This document shows, one piece after another, positions 60,806 through 64,000 of a stretch of 64,000 nt of DNA. The notes below the pieces were generated by a model that saw nothing but the letters and a program-made list of their open reading frames with translations, did no database searches and was not told the origin of the DNA. Source of the DNA: Gekko japonicus (lineage: Eukaryota); contig NW_015166508.1 of NCBI RefSeq assembly GCF_001447785.1, forward strand, positions 62,001 through 126,000, written 5' to 3'. How positions within the stretch are numbered: the first letter of the stretch is position 1; every line of letters begins with the position of its first letter. Both the position numbers and the translations under genes were made by a program.

Positions 60806-63800
60806 ATGGCATCAGATTATGTAAAATTTGTAACTCTCAATTGCAGAGGATTAAACAACAAAGTCAAAGCCAAGCGTATTGCTGCTGACCTTAAAAAACA
60901 GAGAATTGATGTAGCCTTTTTGCAGGAAACTCATATAAAAAAATACACCAAAGTGTTAACATCTAGCTGGTTTCCCCTGCAATACAGTGCAGGTGGTTTT
61001 ACTAAATCAAGAGGTGTGGCTATCCTGTTATCTAAGAATCTTAGATTTAGCTATGGAGCAAGTGAAAAAGATGTCAATGGCAGATATATTTTTTACAAGG
61101 TAAAATGAATAACACTGATATTACTTGAGTGTCCATTTATGTACCAAATCAGGGCCAATTGATGTTTTTGAAGGAAGCCCTAAACAAATTGCCTCAATTC
61201 CGAAATGGGCTGGTGATTGTAGAAGGTGATTTTAACTACTTAATGGACAAGTGGTTGGACAAATCTAATACCAGATCTCCACAAGCTTTACAAAAATCAA
61301 TTGCAGACTACAACTTAACTGACATCTGGAGACTCCACAGTGGCACGACGACTAGAGATTATACTTACTTTTCACCAAAATACCATGTCTATACTAGATT
61401 GGACTATATTCTAATCTCTAAGGACTTAATTCCTAAAATTGAATCTACTGAAATTGGGATCCAGCAATGGTCTGATCACGCACCTGTGACATGTATATTT
61501 AATGAAGGCAGTTGGAGATTTAATAAAACTTTATTAATAGAAGCAAAATTGGTAAACTTAAAATGGAAATTGCTGATTTTTTAATTAATAACCATTGCTG
61601 TGGAGTGCCCATAGAGACGGTGTGGAATGCATCTAAAGCTGTCATCCATGGAGCCTGCATTTCAATCCTTGCTGCCTATAATAAAGAAAAGAATCAGAAT
61701 AAAATGGAGTTAAGCCAAAACATATTACAATTAGAAAACCGGCATAAAAGAAATGCAACCCCAGAATCTACACTAGACTTTTGCAACTACATAAGCAATT
61801 GGAATCTTTGGATTTCCATAGCATACGTAAGGATATGTTCGCTTGGAAGCATGCAAGAACCACTAAGGGGCCAAGAGTCTTACGTCTTCTAGCATGGAAG
61901 CTGAAAAACAACGCTCCGAAATGTACATTGATAACCTTTGTGAAAAAGGACAGCTGAAGACCTCGACGAAAGATATACTGCAAGTAATGGAAACCTACTA
62001 CTCATCTCTATACACCTCCTCTTGTCCCTCCAAGCTTGATATCGCAATTTACCTGGAGTCTAAAATTAAGATCCCTTCAATTACAGAGGACTATTGGGAT
62101 TTATTGAATTCCCCAATTAGTTCTGGAGAGATTGAAAAAGCTATTAAAAGCATGAAAAGTAACAAAGCCCCTGAGTCGGAAAGCTATGTGGCTGAGTACT
62201 ACAAAAAGTTTACAGATAATCTAATTCAACCTATGAAGGAACTATTTAACTCAGTCTTATCCTCTGGAGCAATGCCCCCATCATGGCACCAAGCCAATGC
62301 TATTCTATTGCCAAAAAGGGGGAAAGATGCTTTCGATCCTCAATCGTACAGACCAATCTTCCTGTTGAACTCTGACTACAAAATTTTTGCCTTAACCCTC
62401 ACTGAATGACTCAAGCAAATCATAGGCTGCTATATACATCCCAATCAAACCGGATTTGTCCCTTCAAGGGATATTACTGATAATATAAGGAAAAACCTTA
62501 ACTTGATACAGCATGGTTGCAAGCAAAAAAACCCAAAATATGTTATTGCTTTTACTCGATATCGAAAAGGCTTTCGATACGGTAGAGTTTCCTTTTCTCA
62601 CAGCGACTATGCAACATATGCAATTTGGTGATACCTTTTTAAAGGCAATTTCAGCAATTTTCTATGCCAACTGCTAAACTGTTAATCAATGGAGAAACAT
62701 CACAGGAGATCACTTTACACCAAGGAACAAGACAAGGGTATCCGCTTTTGCTGTTATTGTTTGCCATTGTAATGGAGCCTCTAGCAAGTGACCTATGCAC
62801 TAATCCCAAAATTAATGGCATTAAAGTTAAAGAGAAGGAATTCAAATTTAGCCTCTTCGCTGATGACCTTGTTCTGTACGTTTCTAGGCCTCGTAAGTTC
62901 TCTGATAGAAATTCACTCTGCCCTGTTCGGGAAAGTGTCAGGGTTGCAGGTCAGTCAATCTAAATCTGTATTATATCCCATAAACTTAATTTAAGACATT
63001 ATAAACCAAATCAAAATACATTATACTTTTTAATGGACCAAAAAAGTCTGGCAATATCTTGGAGTCGAGATCCCCTTGGATCTGAGTTGCTAAAATATAA
63101 TCATATTGCCATTGATGGGGAAGTGAAAGTCTTGTTTAAAAAGTGGGACTTTAAGCCACTGTCCTGGACAGAGAGAATCCAAGTCCTTAAATCCTTTATA
63201 CTTCTGAAGTTTTTATATTGTTTCAGAGTGCTTCCTGTTTATGTACCACATTTAACTATTGAGAAATGGCAACGCATAATCAATGCATTTTTATGGAACT
63301 TTAAACGTCCCTGGATTAGCTTTGCAACTTTACGTTATCCAACTAGAAGAGGAGGTATTGCCATTCCTGATTTATTTACCTATTACTCTGCAACACTGTT
63401 ATCTAACTTGGTTAGACAATACCATAACAGTGACAAACTGGACTGGGCATATATTGAAGAACAATCACTCCAATACCAATCTTTTAAGGAAATGCTGTGG
63501 ACTGACACACCTAGCAGAGTTTGCAAAATACACAGAAACCCTTTTCTGAAAGCTACTCTATCAGTGTGGTATAGTAATTGCTCTAATTTGTGTAATGCAT
63601 GGTCTCTCCTAAGCACCTTTACTAGCCAAAATTGGTTCCCACCTGCAGAAGAAACCCAGTCTTTTCATACTTGGAAAACAGTTGGCTTAACTTGACTTAT
63701 TGACATTTTTAGCAAAGGAAGGATAGCATCCAAACTTGAATTAGAAAAGAAATACAAGGTTAGTTTATCCTGGTTTGAGTATTTGCAGCTCCAGCATTTT

Positions 63801-64000
63801 ATAGGGCTTTCTGAGATACGTGAAAATCTTAAACCATTACTAGCCTTTGAACATCTCTTACTTAACAACAAAATGGTAAAAGGTCTTATACATTAGTTTA
63901 TAAAATTCTATTAAGTGTGGAATCCTGCAGTTTACATACTTATCAACATGCTTGGCACAAAGATACTCAGCTAACTATCCCGGATGAACAATGGGAGGTA
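60806..64000 (+). pseudogene. L1 ORF2 (APE endonuclease plus reverse transcriptase), multiply frameshifted
   Basis: TLNCRGLN, FLQETH, GDFN, SDHAPV, YRPIFLLNSDYKI, GTRQGYPL, LFADDL. Confidence 0.95.

Larger units (their letters stand above)
59061..64000 (+). mobile_element. 5'-complete L1 LINE, disabled, running off the window
   Basis: G-rich 5' end, short 5' UTR, ORF1, about 650 bp inter-ORF spacer, ORF2 with endonuclease and RT motifs. Confidence 0.95.

Noticed and set aside
1-64000. CRISPR array or other prokaryotic or viral system
   Set aside because: No repeat-spacer arrays, operons or viral ORFs; the content is vertebrate repeat-rich DNA.

Overview
Vertebrate genomic DNA, almost certainly a squamate reptile and probably a gecko (it carries Sauria SINE, Squam3-type SINE, 5S-headed SINE, BovB, CR1, L2, RTE-X, Rex and L1 elements). 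It includes a 550-N assembly gap at 3557-4106. I recognise no cellular protein-coding gene: every ORF I can assign is a decayed retrotransposon fragment. The window is dominated by transposons. These include a 5'-complete but disabled L1 (59061 to the window end), many LINE fragments, several hAT and PIF/Harbinger MITE families with readable target-site duplications (TSDs), a probable non-autonomous Helitron and a solo LTR. A CpG-island promoter at about 42700-43620 has splice donors on both strands and may drive a spliced non-coding transcript on the minus strand, possibly with a divergent partner. The most interesting observations are: (1) two TSD-bounded chimeric retroposons that join different Pol III heads (5S rRNA-derived and tRNA-derived) to the same 3' tail module at the same junction; (2) a minimal type I hammerhead ribozyme inside a palindromic Penelope-derived element; (3) a Helitron and a hAT element carrying pieces of other repeats; (4) CpG-rich Harbinger MITEs that share a conserved 16-mer and carry promoter motifs. 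Family names come from recalled consensus features, not from a database search. I cannot confirm that any of these is undescribed.
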